A stretch of DNA of 64,000 nt from Patescibacteria group bacterium (GTDB taxonomy: Bacteria; Patescibacteriota; Minisyncoccia; Phycocordibacterales; UBA9973), in the NCBI GenBank assembly GCA_028868715.1, contig JAGWUB010000002.1:8430-72429 (forward strand). The letters are read 5' to 3'. Below the pieces are notes generated by a model that was given only the letters and a program-made list of their open reading frames with translations, did not search any database and was not told where the DNA came from. This document shows, in pieces, positions 36,064 through 44,797 of this stretch. Both the position numbers and the translations under genes were made by a program. Positions within the stretch are counted from its first letter, which is position 1, and each line of letters begins with the position of its first letter.

Positions 36064-37278
36064 CTAAGGCATTAGTTGTTTTACGCTTGACTTTACTATG
36101 CTTTTTAGGTTTTGGAAAAGACCCGAAAATGAGTTTTCAGAATATCTATCACCACCCTTAGTCGAGGCCAAAAGGCCAATAGCCACAAACCAAGCTGGAT
36201 CACGAAGCTTGGTTTTTGCATTGCCAAAAAGTTCAGTCGTTCCAACAGTCGAAGGAAGTTTCAATATAGACTTTGATAATTCTTCTAGTTTAGAAATATT
36301 TGCACCACCACCGACAAATACCATACCGGCTGGTAAAAGTTCAGACCTCTTAATTTTTTTCAAATTATTTTCTATCGATTCAAAAATATCACACAGCCTT
36401 GCCTCGATAATTTCATCAAGTTTCTTTTTTGAAAATTCTTCTTTGGTGCCTACCTGCAGGGAAGAGTAAGTTCCAAGCTTCAAGCTCTCGGCTTTTTCAA
36501 GTGGAATCTTGAACCCTAGCGCAATATCGTTTGTAATATCACAAGAGCCAATCTGGAAAGTATGGATTGAGATTAATGACCCATTTTCAAAGACTGACAA
36601 TGAAGTCGTCTCTGCACCTATATCTACCAAGGCCACTCCGACGATCTTTTGTTTTTCAGATAAAACAATATTGGACAGAGCTACTGGTGTGGCTATTATG
36701 TTTATGGTTTCTACACCGGCTCTAGCTACAACTTCAAGCAGATCTTCCAAATGTTGCACGGAGTAGGTGACAAAAAGAGCCTTAGCTTCAAGCTTAGTTC
36801 CACGCATTCCCTCCAAGCGACCCAACACTTCCTTTCCATCGAGTCGGAAAGATAGGGGATACATTTGGATGACTTTTTTATTGTTTAAATTTAAATTGTC
36901 TTCGCAGTCTTGCAAAGCTCTGTTTATATCTAGATTTGTTACTTCACCGTTAGCTTTGGAAATGATAGCTTCACCTCCGCTTGTTTCACTTTTTAAACTA
37001 ATACCGCTGACAGATACAAAAGCTCGTTTTATTTTTATTCCCGAAGATTTTTCTGCTTGATTAAGCGCATTTTTTAGAGAGGTTATGGCAGAGTTTGTGT
37101 CTACAATGTAGCCGTGTCTTACTCCGAGGCTTGGAGCTTCGCCCGCGCCAATAATTTTAGGATTTTTTTCTCCCGAAATAAATTCTCCCACTACGACTCT
37201 TGTCATTTGGGATCCTATGTCTATCCCCACCGAAATATTTTTTATCATATGCTTGTTCTGCTTTCTCCATTCTAGCAC
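36064..37278 (-). CDS. ftsA: Cell division protein FtsA (actin-like ATPase)
   Basis: ISVGIDIGSQMTRVVVGE and the actin-fold phosphate motifs. The likely true start is the internal MIKNISVGIDIG at 37245, because the track start overlaps ybeY by 122 nt. Confidence 0.85.
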   Translation of the reverse strand: MLEWRKQNKHMIKNISVGIDIGSQMTRVVVGEFISGEKNPKIIGAGEAPSLGVRHGYIVDTNSAITSLKNALNQAEKSSGIKIKRAFVSVSGISLKSETSGGEAIISKANGEVTNLDINRALQDCEDNLNLNNKKVIQMYPLSFRLDGKEVLGRLEGMRGTKLEAKALFVTYSVQHLEDLLEVVARAGVETINIIATPVALSNIVLSEKQKIVGVALVDIGAETTSLSVFENGSLISIHTFQIGSCDITNDIALGFKIPLEKAESLKLGTYSSLQVGTKEEFSKKKLDEIIEARLCDIFESIENNLKKIKRSELLPAGMVFVGGGANISKLEELSKSILKLPSTVGTTELFGNAKTKLRDPAWFVAIGLLASTKGGDRYSENSFSGLFQNLKSIVKSSVKQLMP

Positions 37279-37609
37279 TATGTTTCATTCCTTTCAAATG
37301 AAGCATTCCGTGTATAACTAAAAAACCCAAGAATTGGCTAAAAGTTTTCTCAAAACTTTTAGCTTCACGCCTTATGACAGCATTACACAACACGAGCTCG
37401 CCCTCATTTTTATGTAAAGGAAAAGATAATATATTTGTAGGTTTATTTTTATTCCGGTAAGTGGTATTTATTTTTTTTGATGTTTTTTCATCTACAAAGG
37501 CCACCGACAGGGAATAGTCCTTGCCCAAGATATCGTCCTTAATTTTCACAAAAGGCAAGCTTGGTAGCTTGCCTTTTGTTTGATTTATCATAGAAAAATT
37601 ATTTTGCAT
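37157..37609 (-). CDS. ybeY: rRNA maturation endoribonuclease YbeY
   Basis: HGMLHLKGMKH zinc-binding motif (H-x-x-x-H-x-x-x-x-x-H) in a ~150-aa protein. Confidence 0.75.
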   Translation of the reverse strand: MQNNFSMINQTKGKLPSLPFVKIKDDILGKDYSLSVAFVDEKTSKKINTTYRNKNKPTNILSFPLHKNEGELVLCNAVIRREAKSFEKTFSQFLGFLVIHGMLHLKGMKHSARMEKAEQAYDKKYFGGDRHRIPNDKSRSGRIYFGRKKS

Positions 37610-37611
37610 GA

Positions 37612-37839
37612 TTACTTCATTTTGCCCATCTTCTTGAGCTTCTCAATTTCCTGCCTTCTGCCCATTCTCTTTAAAGCACTTCTTTTTGTTTTAAGCTTGG
37701 ATTCTTTTCTCAAGTTATAGCGAGACTTCTTCACATGACGCACTATGCCCGATTCTTGCATTTTACGTGTAAAGCGACGCAAAATACTAGAGTTATTTTC
37801 GTTTGGATTTTTCTTCACTTCTATTACTACTTTTGCCAT
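37612..37839 (-). CDS. rpsU: 30S ribosomal protein S21
   Basis: The 75-aa basic protein …ILRRFTRKMQESGIV…KLKTKRSALKR… follows the S21 pattern. Confidence 0.75.
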   Translation of the reverse strand: MAKVVIEVKKNPNENNSSILRRFTRKMQESGIVRHVKKSRYNLRKESKLKTKRSALKRMGRRQEIEKLKKMGKMK

Positions 37840-37928
37840 ATAGCCATAAGGTTAACATAAAAAAGATTTTTAGCAAGTTCTTATAAGGTATTATTGACTT
37901 TTTCACAAAAAAAGCTAATATACTATAT

Positions 37929-38402
37929 ATGAATCAGACAACCGACTATATCACGGAAGAAAAACGAAAATCACTTGAACTAGAGCTTGCTGACCTGAAG
38001 GGACCTAAAAGAAAGAAAATTTTAGAAAACTTAGAGTACGCTAAGTCTTTGGGAGATTTATCAGAAAACGCAGAATATCATCAAACCCGCGAAGACCAAG
38101 GTAAGCTCGAAGAACGAATTGCTAAAATAGAAAAGATCCTTCAATCTTCAGAGGTAGTATCGGGAAAGGGCTCTGGTGGAGACACGGTTGGAATCGGCTC
38201 TACGGTAGTCGTCCAAAGAGAAAATAGTAAAGAATCTAAGACTTACATCATCGTGGGCTCCGAAGAAGTAAATATGGCCGAAGGCAGAATATCCAACAGA
38301 TCACCCTTTGGCGAGGCACTTTTTGGCAAAAAGAAAGGCGAAAAGGTATCCTTTAGTACTCCAGGTGGAGCGGTAAGCTATAAAATAGTAAATGTTTCCT
38401 AA
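37929..38402 (+). CDS. greA: Transcription elongation factor GreA
   Basis: N-terminal coiled coil with LGDLSENAEYH, and a C-terminal FKBP-like domain. A TTGACT-16-TAATAT promoter-like element at 37894-37921 ends 7 nt before the ATG, possibly a leaderless start. Confidence 0.85.
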   Translation: MNQTTDYITEEKRKSLELELADLKGPKRKKILENLEYAKSLGDLSENAEYHQTREDQGKLEERIAKIEKILQSSEVVSGKGSGGDTVGIGSTVVVQRENSKESKTYIIVGSEEVNMAEGRISNRSPFGEALFGKKKGEKVSFSTPGGAVSYKIVNVS

Positions 38403-38424
38403 AAATATTTCAGTAAATTAAAAT

Positions 38425-39888
38425 ATGTCTTCAATTGACGAAATTAGAGAGGCTAGAATAAAAAAACTTAACCTTTTAAAAGATAAAGGTGTAAATCCTT
38501 ATCCAGCGGAATCAAAAAGGGAAATCCCACTCAAAGAAGCAGTTGATAATTTTGATACTCTAGAAAAAAATAAAGATACAAAATGGATTGCCGGAAGAAT
38601 TATGTCTATCCGTGGTCAGGGAGCTATTGTTTTTATAACTTTAAATGACGGCACGGGAACTTTTCAAGGTTTACTTAAAAAAGATATTCTTGGCGCTGAC
38701 AAACTGGATTTTTTTAGCGAAGTTGTTGATATCGGAGACTTTGTGGAGATACAAGGAACCTTTTTCAATACCAATAGGGGAGAAAAAACGCTGGAGACCA
38801 AAGACTGGAGGATGCTTAGTAAGAGTTTGAGACCATTGCCAGAAAAGTGGCATGGATTAGTGGACATAGAAGAGAGATTCCGCAAACGCTATTTGGATAT
38901 TTTAATGAATCCAGAGATAAAAGAACTTTTTGAAAAGAAATCAAAGTTTTGGGATGCGACTCGTAATTTTTTGAAAAAGGAAAATTTTCTAGAAGTTGAA
39001 ACTCCGACGATTGAAGTGACCACTGGTGGCGCAGAAGCGCGACCTTTTAAAACTTATCACAACGATTTTGATATAGATGTTTTTATGAGAATTTCAGTCG
39101 GTGAACTTTGGCAGAAGAGATTGCTTGCAGCTGGTTTACCAAGAGTTTTTGAAATTGGCCGAGTGTATAGAAACGAAGGCTCAAGTCCGGAGCACACCCA
39201 AGAATTTACCGGTATGGAATTTTACGCTGGGTACATGGACTATAAAGAGGGAACAGAGTTCACTGAAAAAATGATTAAAGAAGTAGTGATGGAAACATTT
39301 GGCACTCTGCAATTTGAAACTCATGGACACAAGGTTGACTTGTCTCTAAAGTGGGAACGCATTCCTTACGTAGATACAATCAAGAAACTGATAAATATTG
39401 ATGTACTTTCTGCCACCGAGAAAGAAATGATAAAAAAACTGGAGGAGCTAGGAGTAAAATATGAAGGTACCAATAAAGAACGCTTGACTGATTCACTTTG
39501 GAAATATTGCCGAAAACAAATTGTGGGGCCAGCTTGGCTGGTTGATGTTCCAAAACTCGTTTCGCCACTTTCAAAAGCAAAACCAGAAAACCCATTATTG
39601 ACCGAGCGGGTGCAACTCATTTTAGCTGGGGCTGAAATGACAAATGGATTTTCGGAATTAAATGATCCGATAGATCAAAATGAAAGATTTGAAATTCAAA
39701 GAAAACTGATTGAGGGAGGGGACGAAGAGGCAATGATGCCGGATGATGAATTTGTGGAAATGCTCGAGCACGGTATGCCTCCAGCTTTTGGCTTTGCCTA
39801 TGGGGAAAGATTGTTTGCTTTCTTGGTAGATAAACCTCTCCGCGAAATACAGATGTTTCCTCTAATGAGACCTAAAAATAAAGAATAG
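38425..39888 (+). CDS. lysS: Lysyl-tRNA synthetase (class II)
   Basis: N-terminal OB anticodon-binding domain and class II motifs 1-3 (…FEIGRVYRNEG…, GFSELNDP, GFAYGERL). Confidence 0.9.
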   Translation: MSSIDEIREARIKKLNLLKDKGVNPYPAESKREIPLKEAVDNFDTLEKNKDTKWIAGRIMSIRGQGAIVFITLNDGTGTFQGLLKKDILGADKLDFFSEVVDIGDFVEIQGTFFNTNRGEKTLETKDWRMLSKSLRPLPEKWHGLVDIEERFRKRYLDILMNPEIKELFEKKSKFWDATRNFLKKENFLEVETPTIEVTTGGAEARPFKTYHNDFDIDVFMRISVGELWQKRLLAAGLPRVFEIGRVYRNEGSSPEHTQEFTGMEFYAGYMDYKEGTEFTEKMIKEVVMETFGTLQFETHGHKVDLSLKWERIPYVDTIKKLINIDVLSATEKEMIKKLEELGVKYEGTNKERLTDSLWKYCRKQIVGPAWLVDVPKLVSPLSKAKPENPLLTERVQLILAGAEMTNGFSELNDPIDQNERFEIQRKLIEGGDEEAMMPDDEFVEMLEHGMPPAFGFAYGERLFAFLVDKPLREIQMFPLMRPKNKE

Positions 39889-39913
39889 AAGCCGTTAATA
39901 TTAAAAAAGAAAA

Positions 39914-39950
39914 AAGCCTCACTTTGGCGCGGAACCAAAGCGAGGCTTTT
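39914..39950. terminator. Rho-independent terminator after lysS (13/14-bp stem aagcctcactttgg/ccaaagcgaggctt + TTTT)
   Basis: A long GC-containing hairpin followed by a T-run, 26 nt after the lysS stop. Confidence 0.45.
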
Positions 39951-40203
39951 CGGTATCCCGGTTGCGGATAGGATACCTTAAGATAGATAAGATTATATAA
40001 AGAACTAATTTTTTCACCTAGTGGTGAAAAAGTGGGGCTCTACTCGGCGAAGATGCAAGAGCCCCCAAGGAGGGGTGTGTATGACGCTATCAGTCATGCA
40101 ACACCTACTTTAGATATTACAGCTTTTTAAGAGTAAAAGCATGCCAAGTTATCCACAGGAGGGGCTTGGCGTTATTTTCCTATGTGGAATATAATATATA
40201 ACA

Positions 40204-40250
40204 AGTGGGAAAAAGTGGGAAAAATACCAGTAATGTTTTTTAGTGGAAAA
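40204..40250 (+). promoter_or_regulatory. Candidate MraZ operator: direct repeats AGTGGGAAAA x2 (10-bp period) plus AGTGGAAAA, immediately upstream of mraZ
   Basis: MraZ proteins bind arrays of TGGG(A/N) direct repeats with ~10-bp phasing in their own promoter (E. coli, Mycoplasma). Here two perfect 10-mers sit at 40204-40223 and a third variant at 40242-40250. An additional GTGGGG lies at 40032. Confidence 0.5.
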
Positions 40251-40260
40251 TAAGAAATTT

Positions 40261-40707
40261 ATGCTCATCGGCGAATACATACATACAATAGATGCAAAAA
40301 ATAGAATGTCTTTGCCAGCAAAATTTCGCAAGGAGCTCGGAAAGAAAGTAATTATTACCCCCGGGCTAGATCAATGTTTGTTCATTTTTACAAGTAAAGA
40401 ATGGGTGAAGGTAAGTAAAAAACTTTCTGACTCAAATTCAGATTTATCTTTTCTTAAAGCCGACCAGAGAAGTTTTAATAGATATATGTTTGGCCGAGCC
40501 GCAGAAGCAGAAGTGGATTCAATTGGCAGAATACTGATACCAGAATTTTTAAAAGAAAAAATAGGATTGAAAAATACGGCAGCAATCGTGGGAGTAGAGG
40601 ATAGGGTTGAAGTTTGGAGTGAGCAGGCTTGGTCAGCGCAAAAGGAAGTAGTAGAAAAACAAGCCGAGCAATTAGCAGAGAAGTTGGGAGGTGGGGGAGC
40701 AATGTAG
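40261..40707 (+). CDS. mraZ: Transcriptional regulator MraZ
   Basis: MLIGEYIHTIDAKNRMSLPAKFR…GLDQCLFIF…VGVEDRVEVW is the duplicated MraZ fold. The ATG at 40261 is preferred over the upstream GTG at 40243. Confidence 0.85.
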   Translation: MLIGEYIHTIDAKNRMSLPAKFRKELGKKVIITPGLDQCLFIFTSKEWVKVSKKLSDSNSDLSFLKADQRSFNRYMFGRAAEAEVDSIGRILIPEFLKEKIGLKNTAAIVGVEDRVEVWSEQAWSAQKEVVEKQAEQLAEKLGGGGAM

Positions 40708-41620
40708 CTTTATGCAAAGCATACACAAGACAGTTCTTTTAAATGAAACAATAGAAGGTTTGGATTTAAATAATAAATCAATCGTGTTAGATGCGACTTT
40801 TGGTGGGGGAGGGCACAGCTTGGAGATTTGCAATAGATATCCTGGCATAAAAATAATCGCCCTAGACCAAGACGCTTCGGCTTTCACTAAAGCTAAAAAA
40901 AAGTTTAAGAATGTAAAATGTGAAATTAGTTTTGCAAACGATAACTTTAGAAATTTAGATAAAGTTTTAGGAGAGAAAAAAGTAGACGGCATTATTTTTG
41001 ATTTAGGCTTAAGTTCTGACCAGCTAGAGAATTCTGGACGAGGATTTTCTTTTACCAAGAATGAACCACTCTCGATGCAAATGCAAATGCAAAGCAAAGA
41101 GAATAAAAATTCTAAAGGAGAAGAACTTACGGCAGAAGAAATAGTAAATACTTGGGAAGAGAAGAACTTGGCTGACATTATCTATGGTTATGGTGAAGAA
41201 AAATTTGCCAGAAGAATAGCCAAAGGAATAGTCGAAGCTAGAGCAAAGAAAAAGATTGAAACCACCTTTGACTTAGTGAAAATTATTGAGGATTCGGTTC
41301 CAGCATTTTACAAAAGAGGGAGGTTGCACTTTGCCACCAGAACCTTTCAAGCCCTACGCATAGCAGTCAACGATGAACTTGGTGCCCTAGAAGAAGGGCT
41401 GGCAAAAGGATTCAGTTCACTTTCGGCAGGTGGCAGAATGTCAGTTATCTCATTTCATAGCCTAGAGGACAGGATTGTGAAGAGATTTTTTAAACAAAAA
41501 GAGCGGGATGGTTTGGCAAAATTAATAAATAAAAAGCCAATCACACCCCAAAAAGAAGAAATTATTAATAACAATAGATCTAGAAGTGCGAAGCTAAGAT
41601 CTTTAGAGAAAATAAAATAA
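40691..41620 (+). CDS. rsmH: 16S rRNA (cytosine1402-N4)-methyltransferase RsmH (MraW)
   Basis: HKTVLLNETIEGLD…VLDATFGGGGHS SAM-binding motif and SFHSLEDRIVK. An alternative start is the ATG at 40709. Confidence 0.85.
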   Translation: MGEQCSFMQSIHKTVLLNETIEGLDLNNKSIVLDATFGGGGHSLEICNRYPGIKIIALDQDASAFTKAKKKFKNVKCEISFANDNFRNLDKVLGEKKVDGIIFDLGLSSDQLENSGRGFSFTKNEPLSMQMQMQSKENKNSKGEELTAEEIVNTWEEKNLADIIYGYGEEKFARRIAKGIVEARAKKKIETTFDLVKIIEDSVPAFYKRGRLHFATRTFQALRIAVNDELGALEEGLAKGFSSLSAGGRMSVISFHSLEDRIVKRFFKQKERDGLAKLINKKPITPQKEEIINNNRSRSAKLRSLEKIK

Positions 41621-41621
41621 C

Positions 41622-41978
41622 ATGAAAACAATAGGCATAAAAGTAAGAAATTATACAAATGAAGTAAATATCATAAACAACAATGATATTGAAAGACGTG
41701 TACTTAAGATTATGCTTTTAGCCTTTGGAATTCTCTCTATTTTATATGTTGTCTTTTTGGGTAATATGATTTTTAATATTGTAGAACGTCGCAACCTAGA
41801 AGCCGACGCACGGACACTTTCTAATCAAGTAGGGGATCTGGAAGCTAATTATCTATATATGTCAGACAAGGTTGATCTCCCATTTTCATATTCACTAGGG
41901 TTTAAAGAAATAACACCAAGCTTTGCTACTCGCACTTCGCTCGGTCTTGTACCTAAGAGTAACAGTAATGAAATCTAG
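41622..41978 (+). CDS. ftsL: FtsL-like cell-division bitopic membrane protein
   Basis: Position between rsmH and ftsI, with a single TM helix followed by a short coiled coil. Assigned from synteny and architecture. Confidence 0.45.
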   Translation: MKTIGIKVRNYTNEVNIINNNDIERRVLKIMLLAFGILSILYVVFLGNMIFNIVERRNLEADARTLSNQVGDLEANYLYMSDKVDLPFSYSLGFKEITPSFATRTSLGLVPKSNSNEI

Positions 41979-43686
41979 TTTTATATTTAGATCTAGAATT
42001 ATTCTCGTCTGTATTATTATCTTTAGTTTAGTGCTTATAACTAAACTTTTTTTAGTGCAAATTGTACACCGGAGCGCTTATGAAGAAGTAGCATTGCGTC
42101 AGTACGCTACTCCGTCGTCTGATATTTTTGAACGCGGTACTATTTATTTTGAACGTAAAGATGGACAGCTCATTTCTGCGGCTACGCAGACACTTGGTTA
42201 CAAACTAGCAATCTATCCTGCCAAGGTTGCTAACGCCGAAGATACTTACCAAAAATTATCCAAAATAATACCAAATACTGATTACACTGCATTTATTGCC
42301 AAAGCCGCAAAGAAGGACGACCCCTATGAAGATATTGTAGGTCATCTTTCCAAAGAACAGGCCGACAACGTATCGCTTCTAAAACTTCCAGGAGTTAATA
42401 TTTTTAAAGAAAAGTGGCGCTTCTATCCCGGTGACCAACTTGCTTCTCATACCTTAGGAATTGTGGCCTACAAGGGGAATGATTTGAGTGGACGCTACGG
42501 TCTCGAACGACAATACGATCCTATTCTCACGAGAGACGCAAACAATCCATATGTGAATTTTTTCGCGGAAGTATTTTCAAATATCAATGATACTTTTTTC
42601 AAAAATAAAACACGAGAAGGGGATGTCGTCAGTACAATAGAACCACTAGTGCAAGAATTTTTAGATAAAAAATTAACTGAGGTAAAAGAAAAATATAACG
42701 TTGATTCTATTGGTGGAATAATCATGAATCCTACTGACGGCTCTATTTATGCCATGGGTGTGAAGCCAGATTTTAACCCAAATGACTTTTCACAAGTTAA
42801 AGATGTTTCTGTTTTTGGCAACCCCTTGATCGAGCATGTTTTAGAATTTGGATCGGTGGTCAAGCCCTTGGTGATGGCTGGAGCCTTGGATGCTGGAGTG
42901 CTTACCGCCAATACAACCTATAACGACAAAGGGGAAGTTACCATTGAAAAACACCAAATATACAATTTCGATAAAAAGGCGCGAGGCCCAGGTACGAGTA
43001 TGCAAGATGTTTTAAATCAATCACTCAATACTGGAATGGTTTTCGTGGAAGAAAAACTAGGTAGAAAAAATCTACGGGATTACTTGCTAGCTTACGGACT
43101 CAAAGACAAGACAGGGATTGATCTGCCGAACGAGACGAGCGGACTAGTTTCCGGCATCTTAAATAGTCCACGTGAAATTGAATATGCCAATGCCGCCTTT
43201 GGTCAGGGAATAGCTTTTACACCGATGGAGCTAATTCGAGCTTTAGCCTCATTATCAAATGGTGGAAATTTAGTAGTGCCACATGTTGTCAAAGAAATAA
43301 GATATGATGATGGAACTACTAAAGAAATGACCTATCCCACTACGCCTACAAAAATTTCTAAAGCAACCTCACAAGAAATTACTCGCATGTTGGTGACCGT
43401 AATGGATAAATCATTAAAAGGGGGTCTGGCAAAAATGGATCATTATAGTGTGGCCGTAAAAACTGGTACGGCGCAAGTTGCAGATAATACCACCGGAGGA
43501 TATTATAAAGACAGGAATAACCATTCTTTCTTTGGATATTTTCCAGCCTATGATCCGAAGTTTATAGTATTTCTCTATGCCATCAATCCCAAAGGCGTTC
43601 CGTATGCGTCACAAACGTGGGCTGATCCATTTTTAGATATCACAAAGTTTTTATTAAATTATTATGAAGTACCACCAGACAGGTAA
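41923..43686 (+). CDS. ftsI: Peptidoglycan D,D-transpeptidase (PBP2/FtsI-type class B penicillin-binding protein)
   Basis: N-terminal TM and a PBP dimerisation domain. Transpeptidase motifs are SVVKP (SxxK), SLNT (SxN) and KTGTA (KTG). Confidence 0.85.
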   Translation: MLLALRSVLYLRVTVMKSSFIFRSRIILVCIIIFSLVLITKLFLVQIVHRSAYEEVALRQYATPSSDIFERGTIYFERKDGQLISAATQTLGYKLAIYPAKVANAEDTYQKLSKIIPNTDYTAFIAKAAKKDDPYEDIVGHLSKEQADNVSLLKLPGVNIFKEKWRFYPGDQLASHTLGIVAYKGNDLSGRYGLERQYDPILTRDANNPYVNFFAEVFSNINDTFFKNKTREGDVVSTIEPLVQEFLDKKLTEVKEKYNVDSIGGIIMNPTDGSIYAMGVKPDFNPNDFSQVKDVSVFGNPLIEHVLEFGSVVKPLVMAGALDAGVLTANTTYNDKGEVTIEKHQIYNFDKKARGPGTSMQDVLNQSLNTGMVFVEEKLGRKNLRDYLLAYGLKDKTGIDLPNETSGLVSGILNSPREIEYANAAFGQGIAFTPMELIRALASLSNGGNLVVPHVVKEIRYDDGTTKEMTYPTTPTKISKATSQEITRMLVTVMDKSLKGGLAKMDHYSVAVKTGTAQVADNTTGGYYKDRNNHSFFGYFPAYDPKFIVFLYAINPKGVPYASQTWADPFLDITKFLLNYYEVPPDR

Positions 43687-44782
43687 AAGAATAGATAAGT
43701 TTTTTTTAGTGGTTTTATTTATACTTATTTCTCTCGGGATGGTGATGTTTGTTTCTGCTTCATTAGGACTTTTAGTTAAAAGTCCTAAAATTTTTTATTC
43801 GGTACTTTTTAATCAAATATTTCTCGGTCTTGGTTTGGGTCTTATCGGGATGTATTTTACTTTTAAGTTAAATTATAAATTTTGGCGACAATATTCTTTG
43901 TATATACTAATCGCCACAGTGTTTTTAACCTTAGCCGTTTTTATACCCCACGTTGGCACCAATCAAGGCACTGGAGCAGTCAGATGGATAAGACTTGGTT
44001 TCTTTTCATTTCAGCCGGTAGAATTTTTGAAATTTGGTTTTATAATTTATTTCGCGGCATGGCTGTCTTGGGCTAAAACCAGAGTTCAAGATTTCAAATT
44101 TAGTATGTTGCCCTTGGTGATATTGCTTGGACTTATTGCAGTAATTTTGTTTAAACAACCAGATACTAAAAGTTTTATTTTAATTTCCATAACCGGACTA
44201 TCAATGTTGTTTATTTCTGGAGTGCCAGTTAAATATATTTTAGGTGTCGGCGCTGGCGCTGTTGTGGTGCTTGCACTTCTGGTATACTCTACGCCTTATC
44301 TCCAAGCGCGAGTAAAAACATTTATTGATCCATCCAATGATCCCCGTGGATCTGCTTTTCAAATACAGCAGTCACTTATTGCCTTAGGCGGTGGAGGAAT
44401 TTTTGGGCGAGGGCTTGGTCAAAGTATCCAAAAGTTTAGCTATTTACCGGAACCGCAAGGGGATTCAATTTTTGCAGTTTTAGGGGAGGAGCTTGGCTTT
44501 GTCGGAGTATTCGCGACAATAACTCTCTATATCCTTTTTGCCTTACGAGGGTTTAGGATTGCCAATCATTCTCCAGATTTATTTAGTAGACTTCTAGTCT
44601 CTGGAATTGTTATACTGATTACAATGCAGTCGTTTATGCATATTGCCTCTGTTACCGGAGTCTTTCCACTAACAGGCGTGCCACTGCCTTTTATGAGCCA
44701 TGGAGGTACCTCACTAATGATATACCTCACAGCCATGGGCGTCGTGCTTCAGATATCAAAGTTGCAGCAACATAATACATAA
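43664..44782 (+). CDS. ftsW: SEDS-family peptidoglycan glycosyltransferase FtsW/RodA
   Basis: Ten-TM protein with GAVRWIRLG…QPVEF, …LPEPQGDSIFAVLGEELG… and PLPFMSHGGTS motifs. Confidence 0.85.
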   Translation: MKYHQTGKRIDKFFLVVLFILISLGMVMFVSASLGLLVKSPKIFYSVLFNQIFLGLGLGLIGMYFTFKLNYKFWRQYSLYILIATVFLTLAVFIPHVGTNQGTGAVRWIRLGFFSFQPVEFLKFGFIIYFAAWLSWAKTRVQDFKFSMLPLVILLGLIAVILFKQPDTKSFILISITGLSMLFISGVPVKYILGVGAGAVVVLALLVYSTPYLQARVKTFIDPSNDPRGSAFQIQQSLIALGGGGIFGRGLGQSIQKFSYLPEPQGDSIFAVLGEELGFVGVFATITLYILFALRGFRIANHSPDLFSRLLVSGIVILITMQSFMHIASVTGVFPLTGVPLPFMSHGGTSLMIYLTAMGVVLQISKLQQHNT

Positions 44783-44797
44783 CAAAATATTAAATTT

